Assembly: GCA_001949185.1 (NCBI GenBank)
Contig: BDGG01000006.1
Location: 2,028,827 to 2,092,826, forward strand
Direction: 5' to 3'
DNA from: Ramazzottius varieornatus
Taxonomy: Eukaryota > Animalia > Tardigrada
Length of the DNA stretch: 64,000 nt
Shown here: positions 40,043 through 53,555 of the stretch, one piece after another
Layout: each line of letters starts with the position of its first letter
Numbering within the stretch: position 1 is the stretch's first letter
Notes under the pieces: model-generated
Told to the model about the DNA's origin: nothing
Database searches by the model: none
Seen by the model: the letters and a program-made list of their open reading frames with translations, nothing else
Position numbers and translations under genes: made by a program

Positions 40043-40257
40043 TATGGTGAGCCGGGCGATTCAAAAGTCCACAGTACTTTTACCGCGGGTGCATGCGCGG
40101 AAAAAAACTACTTTGTTCGCGCGTACACCCGCTGTGAAACTCTCGTCATAGTCCGCGGGTGGATGCGCGGAAAAGTATTTCACCGCGCATGGAGTTTCTC
40201 CGCGCATGCACTCGCGGTAAAAGTACTGTGGACTATTGAATCGCCCGGCTCACCATA
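40043..40257. mobile_element. Complete IS3EU-type MITE (215 bp) with 6-bp TSD
   Basis: TATGGTGAGCCGGGCGATTCAAAAGTCCACAGTACTTTTACCGCG ... CGCGGTAAAAGTACTGTGGACTATTGAATCGCCCGGCTCACCATA. TSD AATAAG at 40037-40042 and 40258-40263. Confidence 0.92.
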
Positions 40258-42885
40258 AATAAGGTATCAAGAAAGCACTGCGATACAGGGGAGCGAGCCT
40301 TGCACTGCCCTCATCAGTTCGTGATGCCAAAGCCAGGCGAGAGAGGGCTACGCTTAAAGGCATTCCAAGCGTGAATATTCAGGCAAAAGATTCAGATTTC
40401 GGCAATATCATATTCCTGTAGAACAGACATCCCTCTGCCTCCACGAAATAAGAACCTGATAATTTTGTCGACACGCAAAATATGAAAATTGATAAATGAT
40501 GATCGGTAGACTGTCTGTAAGCATTTGGTCGTGCCGACCCTGCCTGCCATGGAAAGTAGGCAGATAGACCAGCGGCTACTTGCCTCACTGTAACCTCTTC
40601 ATTGGTCACTGCCCTTGAGTCACTGAGCCCGTAAAAAAGTAGTACACTACGGTAACGCTATGTGCGGAACAGAAGTATGATTCTGTTTGGATTCTTTTTA
40701 TTTAGCAATATCTTGGCTTCTTGAATTCATTTTTATTAATGTTCTAAATATTAAAAATAAGGGTGACGTTATGGTCAACCATTAAAACAATTCTTAATGA
40801 GATTAACGCACACCCAGAAAAGTCATTGATACCCGTCAAACACAAGCTTTATTGATTTTTATCCGCGAAGTTTTAAGGAGGAAAATCGGCAACCATCTTG
40901 TTAGAGATAAGGGTGGCTTCTGGGAGTGAAGAACCCGTGCATCAGGCAAATTCTGCTCGGCTGAACCCAAATTTAGGGAACCTTTGAGCCTACGAAACTC
41001 TTTTGCTTTCTTTTAAACACCAATAGATTCATCAGATATTTCACCACAAGTCAGTGTTCGATAAAATTCCAGTTCGATTGTTCCTAAATGTTTTATTCGG
41101 GAAATTGTAGCTCGAAATGCGCACTTGAGCTAAATGCGTGTCTGTCCAGGAGTAGAACCTGGTCTCCCCATCTCTTTATCAGCGTCGCCTTACCTGTCCC
41201 CAAATATTTTCTCACACAGAGAGACCCATANNNNNNNNNNNNNNNNNNNNNNNNNNNNNNNNNNNNNNNNNNNNNNNNNNTTTTTGTGTCGGCAGATTAC
41301 CAGCGTACTCACAGTGAGCACAGAACTTCAACTGGAGGAAATTGGAAGGCGTAACCCAAATTAACCAATAGACAACTTTCAGAATTTCGAAATTGTGGAG
41401 ATTGGCAGGCCGTTAAGGCCAACGTGGGAAAAGAAGCCCTGGCTGTTTTGATTTGTTACTGGACGCACCGATGACACCAAGTTTGTCCTAAGCCTCGTAT
41501 CGGTAGAGGAAGCTCTCCTCAGTGTTTCATTTTTTCCCTAAACAGATGGTAGCTATGTATCTCGAGCAAAGACAGGAAACCTAAAATACTCCCGAAACTA
41601 CCCGAGATCGTAGGGACTTTTTCCAGCCTGCGGAAGTTGTACTGACCAGTGGTCATCAGCTGCGTTTCGGTGATAAGACCGCAGACCAGGCAATGAAAAA
41701 AGTTTGATTCAAACCGGGCAAAATGGAAATTATGGGGAGCGAAAAAGTGCCGTATTGTACACACAATGAGTACGGTGGTAATCAGGGTGTTAAGTCACGC
41801 AATGCTCAGCTGAGTTTGGTGAAACATATGTGCTCACCGAAAGGGAGGCGAGAGAGAACCCTCTTCCTCGTCTCTGCCACAGCTCCAATCGCAATATCTC
41901 GAAAGATGATATTCAGAACTTTTAGAATGACCCCATAATTCCTGGCGCATAGCTGATCATATTCACTACAGGCATTCCTAATCTTTTCATTCGTATATCC
42001 GTTCCTACTCACAGACGTTGCTGCGCATATGGAACTGCCTACTTGATGCTCTGCGAAACGTTGGGCTTAAATATGTTCGCTGACAAATTCAGTCAGGGCG
42101 AGATGTCAGGGTGACGCACCTGTGGCTCCATTGCAGTACTGATTAGACTGGTTAAAATAGTTATGCGAATATCTCATCCAAATACAGATAATATGCAGAT
42201 GTGGAGCGGCTTTAGTCAGTTGCAATCCGATCCCTACAGCGCATGTACTGCCATTTGGAGTTGCGGTTTACGACTTGGTTTGCAGTTTAGAGACCTGTAA
42301 TGCTTCGTGGACGTCACGCCGTGACGCGTCCTTGGGGGTGTGCCAGGCGTCAGTTGGCGGAACAGGGTTCAGCGTCAGGCCTACGGTGATGCATGGCGCA
42401 TGGTTTATGAGGCATGGCAGCATGCTGCATTGCTATTGTACAGCCGTCGCATATTATTATTATTATGGCGGTGGAAAGTGGACCGCAGACCTCGAGGTCG
42501 TTCCGAAAAGGAAAATGGACTGACTGGCGACCGATAATTGCGGGCAACGATCAGGTGAGGTACGCACCACCTGTTGACGTGCGTGGTATGGTGCGGCGGT
42601 GTGGTCAGTTCTTACTTACAGCGACGCTTGGTTTCGAAATCGACTTCCTCATTCAAAATCAATGAAATCACACAAGAATGAAACACTGCACTATAGGTGA
42701 TGTCGCTAGTGTATCGAATGGACTTGCCAATTATATTATACAGCTTTGCGGCCTCAAAGCCACGTTCTTATGCGTATGCCAAAAGTCGAAATTTCAATTG
42801 CTTGGCCTGCAACGTCATGTCCAAATATGGTTCCATGAGAACCGCATACTATGCCCGGGACGGTACAACCGATTTATACAGTCTC

Positions 42886-44757
42886 TCATGAACTGTTATC
42901 AGACTTTGGCGAAACTGCGAGATCGTCATTGTCCATATCCGCATCTTCGTCATCTTTCTGATTATTCGGGAGATGATAGGGAGCCGGAAGTTTACTCAAA
43001 CCAGACAGATCGCTGATGTTGTCATAACGACTCACGGATTTCTCCACTGAATCTCCTGGTTCTGGCATCTTGTTCAAACCATGGAGCGTTTCGTTACTTC
43101 GCCTACTGTTTTGTGGATCTTGCGCAGAGTTGTACGCAGTGCCCTCTGGCAGGAAGCTCGAACCCGGTACTTCGTCCGGGTTATGAAACGTTTTGTTGAC
43201 ATGGTTGTCGTACTGAATGCTCTTTGGAGGGTGGGAAGCGCTCGGTATCTTCTTCAGGCCACGCAGAGCACTGTTATCCCGAAGAAAATCTTCAAGATCC
43301 ATCGACGGGTAATTCGACTTGGGTTCTTCGTTGAAGTTATGCAGAAGTTCACCGTCTAGATCATTATCTGCATCGCCGTTTGGAGGACGATAAGAATTAG
43401 GTATTTTCTCCAGGCCATGGAGGGTTTGGTTATCTGAAGGATAATTTTTGGCAACATCCAGAGGGTAGTAAGTAATTCTATATCCTCCTGCGGAGGCAGT
43501 GTCATTCCTGGAAGGAGTCGGATCATCTTTGGACGGCTGGTGTGAACTTGAACCTCTGCTCCGTCCGTAGGTTCCATTGCGCACAGGATGGCCGGCAAAA
43601 GTGTACGGCTTGCGCTCGTGGGACACACCCGAAAGCTCGTTTGTTCGTCGCGATGGAACAACCCTTCCTGTAAGGAGGTCGTACGTCGGAATGGGGATGC
43701 GCTCGTTTCTCGATGGTCTCCGCTGATGGAGTGATTTCGTCAGGCCGCGCACGAGTTTAACAAATGTGGGATCGGCTGGAGCATCGCACGTCTGGTATTC
43801 TGGGCGAAAGATAACGGGAAGTAAGTCGTGGCTTTTCATGCAGAAGGGGAGAAGAACTTGGTCGATGAGCTTGTCGATCTGGCGCTTTCCGTGGTACGAC
43901 ATGCTACCCGGATGAGCTCGCGTATTTACGACGATTTCCGGTTTGAGACAGAAACCGGTTAAAAAGTTGGCTTCAATGCAAGCGTACATGATCTCGAGAC
44001 CGTCTGGACTTGAGTCGTCGTACAGATGATACCATACTTTGTGCACTGAAAACATTCGAAAAGTGATTCACAATGGTTCGTGCAGTTATTGCAATACACG
44101 AAAAAAATTCTGTCTGTTTCGAATGTGTTCGATACCAATTTTTTTTCAACTGGTATGGGACTTCACCTGGAGCCACATAGTCATTGTCGAAAGTCAGGTG
44201 ATAGTCCACGCCGGCCGGAGTACTGAGAATGTCGTTGTCTTCAGTGATGCATCGAGGATATCCCGCTTCCGTGTGCTCGATCGCGTTGTACTTCCTAACA
44301 CAATGGACGGCGTGAATATGGCTGTCAGGTAGATATACCGTCCCTTTCGGTACAAAGGAATAAATAAGCTCGGCGTTGTAGATCTGCACAGGGTTTGTGG
44401 TCGACTCGGGTAAATAGCGATACACGTGATATGTTTCCAGCTTCTGGAAAAGAACCAGCGGTAAACCGGTGAACGTGCCTCTCAATAGATAACCATTGCT
44501 GATGGGCATGCGGCAGTACTCTGCTACCTTCAAGAGGTTTGCCATCACAGGATTTCGCAAAACATTTGGAAAACATCCGCGGTGAGGACCGATGGAAATT
44601 TCGTTTCTGTTATCAGGGCGGTAACGCCGCATAGGTGCCTGTAATCTGAGTTTTGGGTGCCAAGTGCGCAACGCTGTGTCAACTTGCATATCGTTGCAGG
44701 GTTGCTTGTCGTATCCAATCGCTAGTAGAAAAAGGGAATATTCTTAGAGATGCAGCA
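42886..44757 (-). CDS. Putative secreted lipocalin-like protein with a disordered C-terminal repeat tail (frame breaks at homopolymers; gene or pseudogene)
   Basis: ORFs 44689-43973 and 44055-42886 join through a GT-AG intron (~44135-44047) only if one A is removed from an 8-A run. IMYAC...GFC..P..VVNTRAHP resembles a lipocalin C-terminal motif. The tail carries LxGLxKxP repeats. Confidence 0.45.
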
Positions 44758-45550
44758 TTTAATCATCTCAAGCTGACGAACGCCGTATAGAATGCGCACC
44801 TGTTCCGAAGACGATCCACAGTATGACGGTGACGAGCCGCATCCACACACTCATGGCGCCAGAAGTTGGTGTCAATTTCGAATTCCGTCAAAAGACACCG
44901 TTGCGTGAATGGGCTAGGAAACAAAGCATGTCCAACAAAGTCTGGATTATGAAGGATCTGTCCGTCCAGGCCTTAAAAGCCTTAATTCTGAACGCGAAAC
45001 TATGGACAAGAAAAATTATTGTGAAACACTTTGGAGGTAACAGTTCTGCAAGACCCTGGAAAAGTTCTCACTGCCATACAGTAGCACCTCACACGCGCAC
45101 AGGACCAGCAGGAAAAGTTTTACAAAGCAAAGATGTCCTACAACATGGTCTCGGTAACAGATAGCCATCCAAGACGATGCAATCGGTCGATCGAGCCAGT
45201 AGACCGCGTTTTTTCACTGGTCTAGAAGGAGCAATGTCAAGGCATTGCTTTCCCTCTTTGAGCTTTCATTGTTTTTCGTACTCGTAAAAAACCCCGGACC
45301 GTCTGTCGGGGCCTTGGAAGTGCTGCTTGCTCGACATACAGGTGGCGCTATCAGGTGAGAACTTAGCTGATAGCATTTGAAGTGGTGCTGGTTCCCCGCT
45401 GCCAGCTTTCCACTGCAACCAACAGTAAAACGGTGGTAAGCGGTCAGCTGCCGACATATAAAACATTTCAATCCAGCTGAACGAGTCATTTCTTAAGGAT
45501 ATGTCCAAAGGGCAAAGCCGATGGCGCGAAGGACGAGGAAAAGAAAAGTA

Positions 45551-45890
45551 CGAGGTAAACGACATAATTCGGCCGTACGAATTTTTGGGACGTAATTCTG
45601 ATGGCATAGAACGTTTGAAAATTATCGTCAACGCTTGATTGATTTCTCATCGTACGCCTGTTGATGCAAATTTAGCCTTTTCAACATTAGACCGACCCAT
45701 CTTTCTCCCAAGAGCAGTTTCTTCGACCCGAAACTTCATCTCATCCCAAAACCTCTCCAGTGCTCTGGGAGATAAGTTCGTCTACCTCGGTAACGAAAAC
45801 CCAAGCGAGGTGGTACAGTGAGCTCAGAAATACAACCCGTCGTAATTACGTCCCAAAAACAGGTGCGACAGAATTATGTCGTTTACCTCG
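45551..45890. mobile_element. mariner-type MITE (340 bp), TA TSD
   Basis: TA|CGAGGTAAACGACATAATTC..TTTTTGGGACGTAATT / AATTACGTCCCAAAAA..GAATTATGTCGTTTACCTCG|TA. Confidence 0.85.
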
Positions 45891-45932
45891 TATAGCTAAA
45901 ACGATTTCAGCGCGTACTGTTCGCTCCGTCAC

Positions 45933-46116
45933 GATGGGAAAATCACGGGACAGTGCAAATTATGGGACAGGCGGAAAGGACGGCCAAATGGAAGTTCGAC
46001 CGTAGAAAAGTGTCGAAAAGTGTATTACTGTGAATCGGTCGAGTATGTACGTCCTTCCCTACCGCCGTAGCGAAAAGGCCTGTACCGTAATTTTGACTGT
46101 CCCTTAACTTTCCATC
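45933..46116. mobile_element. Degenerate MITE (~185 bp)
   Basis: GATGGGAAAATCACGGGACAGTGCAAATTATGGGACAGGC is mirrored by GCCTGTACCGTAATTTTGACTGTCCCTTAACTTTCCATC. Confidence 0.55.
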
Positions 46117-47179
46117 ATGCGTGTACATGTATTGTACATGTATTAGAAGAGAGTATTTGTTCTTCGCTAACGATCGCGATTGCGATACAGTCGCATTGTC
46201 TTCGCATCGCAAAATGATGTGGGTATTCGGCTATCCCGAAACGACTTTGAAACGACAGGCTCCGCTCCGTTACTGTCGCTGAAAGCAATGGTATACGCGA
46301 ACTGACGTCACACTCTATAGCGCCTTGCTCTCAGCTGCGGAACGGCGGAAAATGGCTGATTTCATACATTTTGACCCCCTTTCGCTGAGTTTAAGTCTGG
46401 TTGGCTGAGACGCAGTTTACTCGCTTCCGGAAGGCATCAACTTGAAGAAGGATGATTTCACCACACTTTGATACCAAGCTTGAACATGTGGGTGCTCTGG
46501 AAGAGGATCGATGAGCACCCAAAGTCCATGACGATACTTTGGCAGAGCATCGTCATACGACAACAATACGATTGCAATAGAGGCACTCTCCTCCCATTTT
46601 CGATGACGTGGAGGAGCCATCGTCGTTGTATCGCGATCGTCAGCGCAGAACGAATAGACGTCGTGTCTGGTCGGACGGGCTCGACGGTGACCATACGATG
46701 ACCGTCGCTCCTTCACGTCATCAAAAATGGGTGGAGAGTGCCTTTATCGTTACCGTCAAGCTATCGTATGACGGTATTTGAGCAAGAGACCGTCATGGAA
46801 AGAATGCCTGTCGATGGCTTCCTACAATTCCCCCATGGCCATCTTGGCATCGAAATGTAGGGAATTCATTTCTCTTTCATTTAATGCCAATCAAGAATGA
46901 AAAGAGTTTGATAAAAAGATCAAAACCGAAATCCAGTCGAGGGCGGTGAAATTACAGAGATTAAGCTGCCACCGCCGGATGAAAGTCCGACTGTAGGTAA
47001 AATGAGATGCAACGTCACTCATAAGCGCAGCAGTTGATCTTTGATTCAAATAGTTGGGCAGCCAACATGCTTCCCAATGCTAGCTAACCGTAACTCCGAT
47101 TACGCTATTGTCCGAAAGTAAGGTGGAGCTCCGGAGAGCAAACCGTAGTTACACGTCATGGCAAGGCCAAATGAGATAA

Positions 47180-50070
47180 TTTTTTTTATTATCATGGAAC
47201 CGTTTTCAAATTTCGAAAAATGCAGAACAAACGAAAAAGAAGCCTAGCACAAGGTGGACTTCCTGGTTCCGAGTATCCAAAACATAGAAGACTTCTTCTG
47301 GACCGCGGCAGAATGGAAAGGTACCTAAAGCACAGGCGGCATTTCGACACGAGAACGTTCTAAGAAACTCGAGGATCTTCTTCCTCCCGTGTGATCTGCA
47401 ACTCTTTCTTCCCGACTTCTTTGAGCAGGCTCGCTCCGGACTTTCAAATCCAATACTTCGCCCGTTCGAGATCCTGGGCTTTGTTGGCTGCGTAACCCGC
47501 GTTCTCCGCCGGTCCACCAACATGACTGTCGCACAGCGTGTCCGTCCCAGACTAAGGCCTTTTATTCCTTCGAACGAACCAGCGTCATTCCATCAGGCCG
47601 CGTCCTTATGTCATCTCTCAGCACAGCATTGGGCTCGATTATCGCGTGAGACTGGCAGGTGACCAAAGCACGGCTCAGTGATTTGTTCAGGACTGAGTGG
47701 CGGCTGTGTCGACCAGCACTGTACCTGCAGCTAAGTGCATGGCTCCCGTAGACGTCGACCGTTGCCGAACATCTGCAGATGTGCGGTGCGCAGACAGGCG
47801 CGCCCATTCGTGGGCCTACCGAGATCCGCAGAGTGTCGTCCTCGAGAAGGTTCCCCAAGCTGGATGCCGGCAGGGCATTCAGCCACGCAACCGACTCTTC
47901 CGATGAAACCGCCAACATTCTTGCCTTTTCCGTTAGTGAGCTTTCTTGGAGGATTTCTTTGAAGTTCATCTCGACGACCGGCAAATCCCTGGTACGCTGG
48001 AAAACGCGAAGGCCCGCCAACGGAAGTTCAGTACCCGACCTCCATCCATGATGTCAGCTCAGGGGTGCACAGTTCATCCACGCCAAAATCAGCAACCATG
48101 GAGGTGACGTTGCTTCGCAGAAGAAATAGAGACCAAGTAGACCGAGAGGGCAATCTTCAGCTCGGCGAAGGCCAAGTCCAACTTCTGCGACTGGAAGGCT
48201 TACTTGCTTCCCGACCGGATATGTCATGTTGGCTTTCGTAATCTTTGCGGCGTTGCTGGACAACATCATCAAAATTAAAAAAGCAAATTCGGAAATTTCC
48301 ACACAGGACTACATCGCAAAACGTATAACAACTTTGGTATAAACAGACAGTTCTCCAACAAAAACAAAGCCTGAGGGGCATCTAATTTTCGTAATCTTGA
48401 TGCCATCAGCTCTGCTTGGCGTCTTCTCTTGAAACACTGCTCGTATGGCTTCAGGAAGGACGGAAGCTCCTAAAAGTAGTAGGTCCACGTTGCTTGGGGG
48501 AGTGATTGTCGGGAACATGGCTTTCGCGAGCAACCTGGTTGTCAGCTGGTCCTTCTTGCTTCCACCAACAACGGAGATCGTGGACTTATTCATGTTCAGT
48601 TCGAGACCTAGAACTGCATACTGTTCAGCGACCCGCTGGAAGTCTTCGATTACCTGGTCGATCGCCCTTCCAATTGTGGCATCATCGAGATACCAGCAAT
48701 TAAAGTCCGACTTCATGGACTTGGAAAGCTCTTTGGTGACCAGACAGAAGAAAAGTGGTCTCAAATGGTCGCCTACTGGACTCCAAAACTTGATCGCCGT
48801 AGATGAGGGTGGAGGGTTGGTTGTGCATCTGGCAGGCGAAGTGAAGTACAGCGGCAGAGCTTTCTTCACTTCCGCCGGCAACCTACTGCGGAAAACAAAA
48901 TCAAAGGCATTCTTGAAGTCAAGTTTCCAGCAGAACCTGACATTCTGCGTTGTTTCTGCTGACGAAAAGACAAGCTGCGTGGAGTGCTCCCTCAGCCCCG
49001 CCTCTTGTTCCGTAGCCAACTTGTTCTGGACCAAGCTGTGCGCCTACCTGACCAATGACCCGCCTACTGACCACTTTGCCAGCCAGACGACGTAGTGTGC
49101 AACCGACCGTTATCGGACGAATACCGCCATTCTTCTTGATTAACGCGGTCAGGAATGCACCGTATAGGATTGGACAGACCTTAACTGGTACCTTCCCGTT
49201 CAGGATATATGTGGTAGTGAAGGCTAGCGGCGTTCCCAGCGGCTCAGTTGAAATGACGCCGTTCAGACCGGAAGTCGCGTTTTTCAAATGTTGCGGTCTT
49301 AGCCCGTCAGTCTCCCCAGCAGATCATAGCGCACAGCTGAAACAGCATCACGAACCTCCTGGACTGTTACGGGAGAGGCAGCTGGAACTTCATCGTCCAT
49401 TGGTTCATCAATGGCTGCCTGATCGACCGGATCCTTCTTCTAGAGAGGCTCCGAAGTTTCTGCGGTTCTTGGCGCTATGAAATCTTCCGATGCGAGAGTC
49501 CGCACAGCGTCGCTGATGTCCCCTTCATTGAGCTTAGCTCTACTCTTTTACGCGAGACAGTATCACAGGTCAGGTGGATTCTTTCGACCAGCTTTGTTTG
49601 GAGGAACGTCCTCACTTGCTTCTGGACGACCGATGTTGGCTTTCACGAGCGATGCGAGAGACTATTTCCCTCGCGAAGACTCGTCAAAGCAAAGACACTT
49701 GCACCAGGACTCATCTTCGTTTTTATGCAGGCTGTCCTAAGAATCTTCAAAAAGGCAGCCGCTGTGGCTGGTCTGGCGCCTTGGAGAATACGGCGAAGTG
49801 TTCTTGAAGACTGAAAACATCGAAGAAGCTTGTCTTCATGAGTTGCCTGGGACGCTCCTGGCCGAAGTTATGCAGCTTGCTGTTTGGAACGCTTGAAGGC
49901 TCGGTCTCTGCAGGACTGGCTGCCTCTGTGCTTGTTCGGACCACTTTTAGTGTCTGTTTTCTTGTCACATAGATAGCACTCGAACGTAGCTTGGCTGGCC
50001 CTATTGCTGAAACCAAAACTAATCACGGCAAAAGCGATAATGTGGCTCGCAGAGGGAGAGTCCACTTACG
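47180..50070 (-). mobile_element. Decayed non-LTR retrotransposon, CRE-clade-like (RT + C-terminal Zn knuckle + restriction-like endonuclease)
   Basis: GGIRPITVGCTLRRLAGK, KLDFKNAF, GDHLRPLFFCL, WYLDD, AWLNALP, CRC..HALSC..RHSRH..N, EP..RPDG. Many frameshifts. Boundaries are approximate. Confidence 0.85.
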
Positions 50071-51651
50071 GGGATACCTGCAGGGAGATCGGAACTCCCT
50101 GCAGGGTAACTTGATGCACACAGAACACCCTATGCTGTCCAACGAAGGTACGGTAGGTAACTGCTTTGTTGCCACCGCTGTTCAGGCAGAAATTGGGTAG
50201 GACGCGGAGAAACGAGACGATGGTTGGAAGGAGGAGGCTGAAAAATTGGTTTTCGTTTTTTGTTTTTCGGTGGGTGTCTTTGTGGTTGATTCTTGATTCG
50301 CTGGACAGCACTGATTCTTGATTGAATAACACTTGTAGCACGACCGTACTCTTTGTTAGTACAATGACCCAGTATTCTCTCTCTCCTACTATCCGCTTTT
50401 GGTCTTTTGGTCTTTTGGTCTGGGAGTTCTTTGTTTGCTTGCAACGCGATGCGGTCACCAAAATGCTGCAGGTGACCATCGGTCAGGCGCCCCACGGAAA
50501 AACAGGGCGGGTTTGGTTCTCACCTCACCAAATTTGGTGGTAGTTCGTTGTGAGTATGTTTGCACGAATCGCGTGCAACCTATTCTCTAGAAAAACAATA
50601 ACGAGATGGTCAAGGCCCCACTTTATCATGATGAAACATTAGACACATATTGTGGTCAGTCGTGTGGTCAGGAGAAAAATCCAGGTCTGAAAAGCCACCG
50701 AGCGGTACCGACGCCGCGTAACCGCTAACACTAGCGTCACCACCACCGGTGGTACCTCCCTGGTTACATTTGCCAAATTTGAAATTTCATTTGATTATCC
50801 GGCTCATGTGCAGTTCTACACTTCTTTCTCTTCGATTCACAACCACTATCATCTTGATTATCTGTTTCGACGAGATTAGCGCTCCTCATACTGTGGCGTA
50901 CAGAATGGAAGCCGTGAGGGAACTGGAAGCTGCTTTTGAGAAAGAAGGGTGAGCGAATGCGCTGACGGACCGGAAGTCATATCAGGATGCAGAAGTAACG
51001 CCATTCTTCATTTTTTGTGCAATTCCAGACTCAACTTGCCTCCCTCGCTCGTTCCCTTCATCGATGAAGCTGCTCATGGAATGACGGAGGGGAAAGCTCG
51101 ATTCGCCGTCTACCAGGCGATGGCTAAGCAGATGCTCGTAAGCCTTTGTCTACTACGCTGCGCCACCACGAAAGACTCCAACTGTTCTGAAGTGTTCTGT
51201 TTGTTTTCAGCATGTTGAACAAGTTATCCCGTTCCAGCCCAATGTTGTCCTGGTTTATCCCAGCGCTCTGTTGGAATATATTAGAAAGAAGTTCGGAGGA
51301 CAGAACAGCGGAGGATTCGGCAAGGGGAAGCCCCTCGTCTCGCTACGTGCAGTCGGCTCGATGGAATGGCGCACTTCCGGTCACTAGCTGTTTTCTCTCC
51401 TTCAATTGATTGTTGATTAGTCAAAACATTGCTTCTGTGCGTACAGATTTCTAACCTGTTTTGATCTTGATTGGTTTGTAACCAGGGTGTTGCTTACGAG
51501 TATAGTACACAGTGCAGTCCAATAAACAATCAAACGTGCGAACGTACGTGAATACGAGCTTCACTGTATCGCGAATAAGCTGCGCCGCAGCCATTCATCT
51601 GAATACTCCACCGTATTATTTGTAGTTCGTGTCGGAAAAGTGTTCTAAGGA

Positions 51652-53555
51652 ATGGACCTGGATGATGAGACGAGTGGAAGCGACAGTGATGAAGAGGAAG
51701 ACAGCGCGCAAACCATTGTTGAACCTGACGGGGTAGAAGTGGAAGCTGAGCAGTCTGATACGCTGAGTGACGACGACGACGTCTTGTACCAACTGAACGA
51801 CGTGAGCCCGTTCCTTGCCCGAAATCCCGATATAAAGTGGGAACGCTTTCCTGTAGACAGTGGTAAAACTCGAACTGTCAATAAGATGGCCGGTCAGCCT
51901 GGCGTTACTCCCAGCGCGAGATCGCGAGTCGTGACGCTCATGGACACGTTCAGCGTTTTCTTCACGCCATAAGTAAAAGATCTGATCATCCGGTTCACAA
52001 ATGAAGAGGGGAAAACGCAGTACGGTGATGGCTGGGTCAAATGGATCCTGTGGTGCTAGATGCTTACTTGGGAATTCTACTTCTACAGGGATTGATGAAT
52101 GACCGTACTGTACCAGTGTGTGAACTGTGGAGTGAAAGCGAAGGAAAAGGAGTTTATCGCGCCTGTATGTCTCGGGAGCGCTTCACCCAGATTACTTGCA
52201 GCCTGCGGTTTGACGACAAACCTTCTCGAGAAGCCCGGGTAGCGACTAACAAGATGGCCTACGTCCAGGAGTTGTTTGACTTGTGGAGTAAAGCGCTTCG
52301 CGAGAACTACCTTCCCTACGAATTTCTGTGCGTGGACGAACAACTCTTTCCTTTCAAAGGACGGTGCGGCTTCAAGCAATATATTCCGACAGAACCAAGA
52401 AGCAAGTACGGCCTGAAACGTTTTCTCCTTTGTTGCTGTAGGACTTCCTACTGCTGCAACATCCAGCTTTACACCGGAAAGGCTCCTGGTCGAGCGGCTG
52501 AGAAGAATTAAGGACAGCGACTGGTTCTTGATCTGGTGGAATATCTGGGAAAACAGTCGGGAAGAAACGTGACCACAGACAATTTCTTCACTTCCTTGAC
52601 GTTGGGAGAAGCTCTTCTCAAGAAAAACATTTCTCTCGTGGGAACAATGCGTAAGAACCGTAAAGAAATTCCTTCCGCCTTCCTGCCAAGCAAGAGCCGC
52701 GCTGCATTTTCCTCCTACTTCGGCCACAAGCCCGATTTCACTCTGGTGTCTTACGCTCCGAAGAAGGGGAAAGCGGTAGTGCTGTTGAGCTCCAGGCATT
52801 TTTCCCAGTAAGTGACGAATGACGTATTTGCAAGCCGTGAAGACGACTGCTCATGTTACACCTGTGACGTAGTGCGCAACAGGACCAAACTACGCTTGGT
52901 GCAGCTGTTGCTCATGACTTCACGACGAATGCGTTGTGAATCAGTATGACCGCTGCACAGCCGTTTCTCTTTGGTGACGTCACGATTTATTTTTTAGAGA
53001 AGCTGATGAGGAAAGCCCAGAAGAGAAACCTGAGATCGTTACGCACTACAATCGTACGAAAGCCGAAGTGGACATTCTGGATCAGCTGAATGGAAACTAC
53101 AGTGTTCGTCGGAAAACTTGTAGATGGCCAATGGCGCTATTTTACGATATCGTCGACATCTCCGCGTTGAACTCGTACGTTGTATGGACTGAGCTGAACC
53201 CGGACTGGCATGCTAAATCTCTGATCCGACGTCGGAAGTACCTACACGAACTTAGCAGGAACCTCATGGAAAGCCACTTACGCCGTCGCTTCACCTCCGC
53301 CAGTATTCCATCAGATGTATAGTTGCTGATAAAGATTTCCCTGAAAATTCTGTCAGACGGTAATGCAGAAAGCAATCCTTCCGTTGCAAGCGGAACCAAG
53401 GCACAACAACGCTGCAGATTCTGCCACCATACCACTCAAAAAGAAGCAGGATCAACTGTAGCTTCTGTAAGGTTGCTGTTTGTTCTGACCACAGAAGTTC
53501 TGTTCAAACGGTGGTCTGTGTCGTATGCGCGAAGACGCAGAATTTACTGAAATAA
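51652..53555 (+). mobile_element. piggyBac transposase (PGBD4-like) pseudogene with one intron; TIRs not identified
   Basis: MSRERF..LRFDD, CVDEQLFPFKGRCGFKQYIP..KYGLK, VTTDNFFTS, VGTMRKNRKEIP, YNRTKAEVDILDQ, C-terminal RCRFC..CSFC..VC..H. Several stops and frameshifts. GTAAGT..TTTTAG intron at 52809-52997. Confidence 0.92.

Noticed and set aside
50724-50760. CTAA|CACTAG as a possible left TIR of the piggyBac
   Set aside because: It is not a TTAA site, and no matching right end was found.
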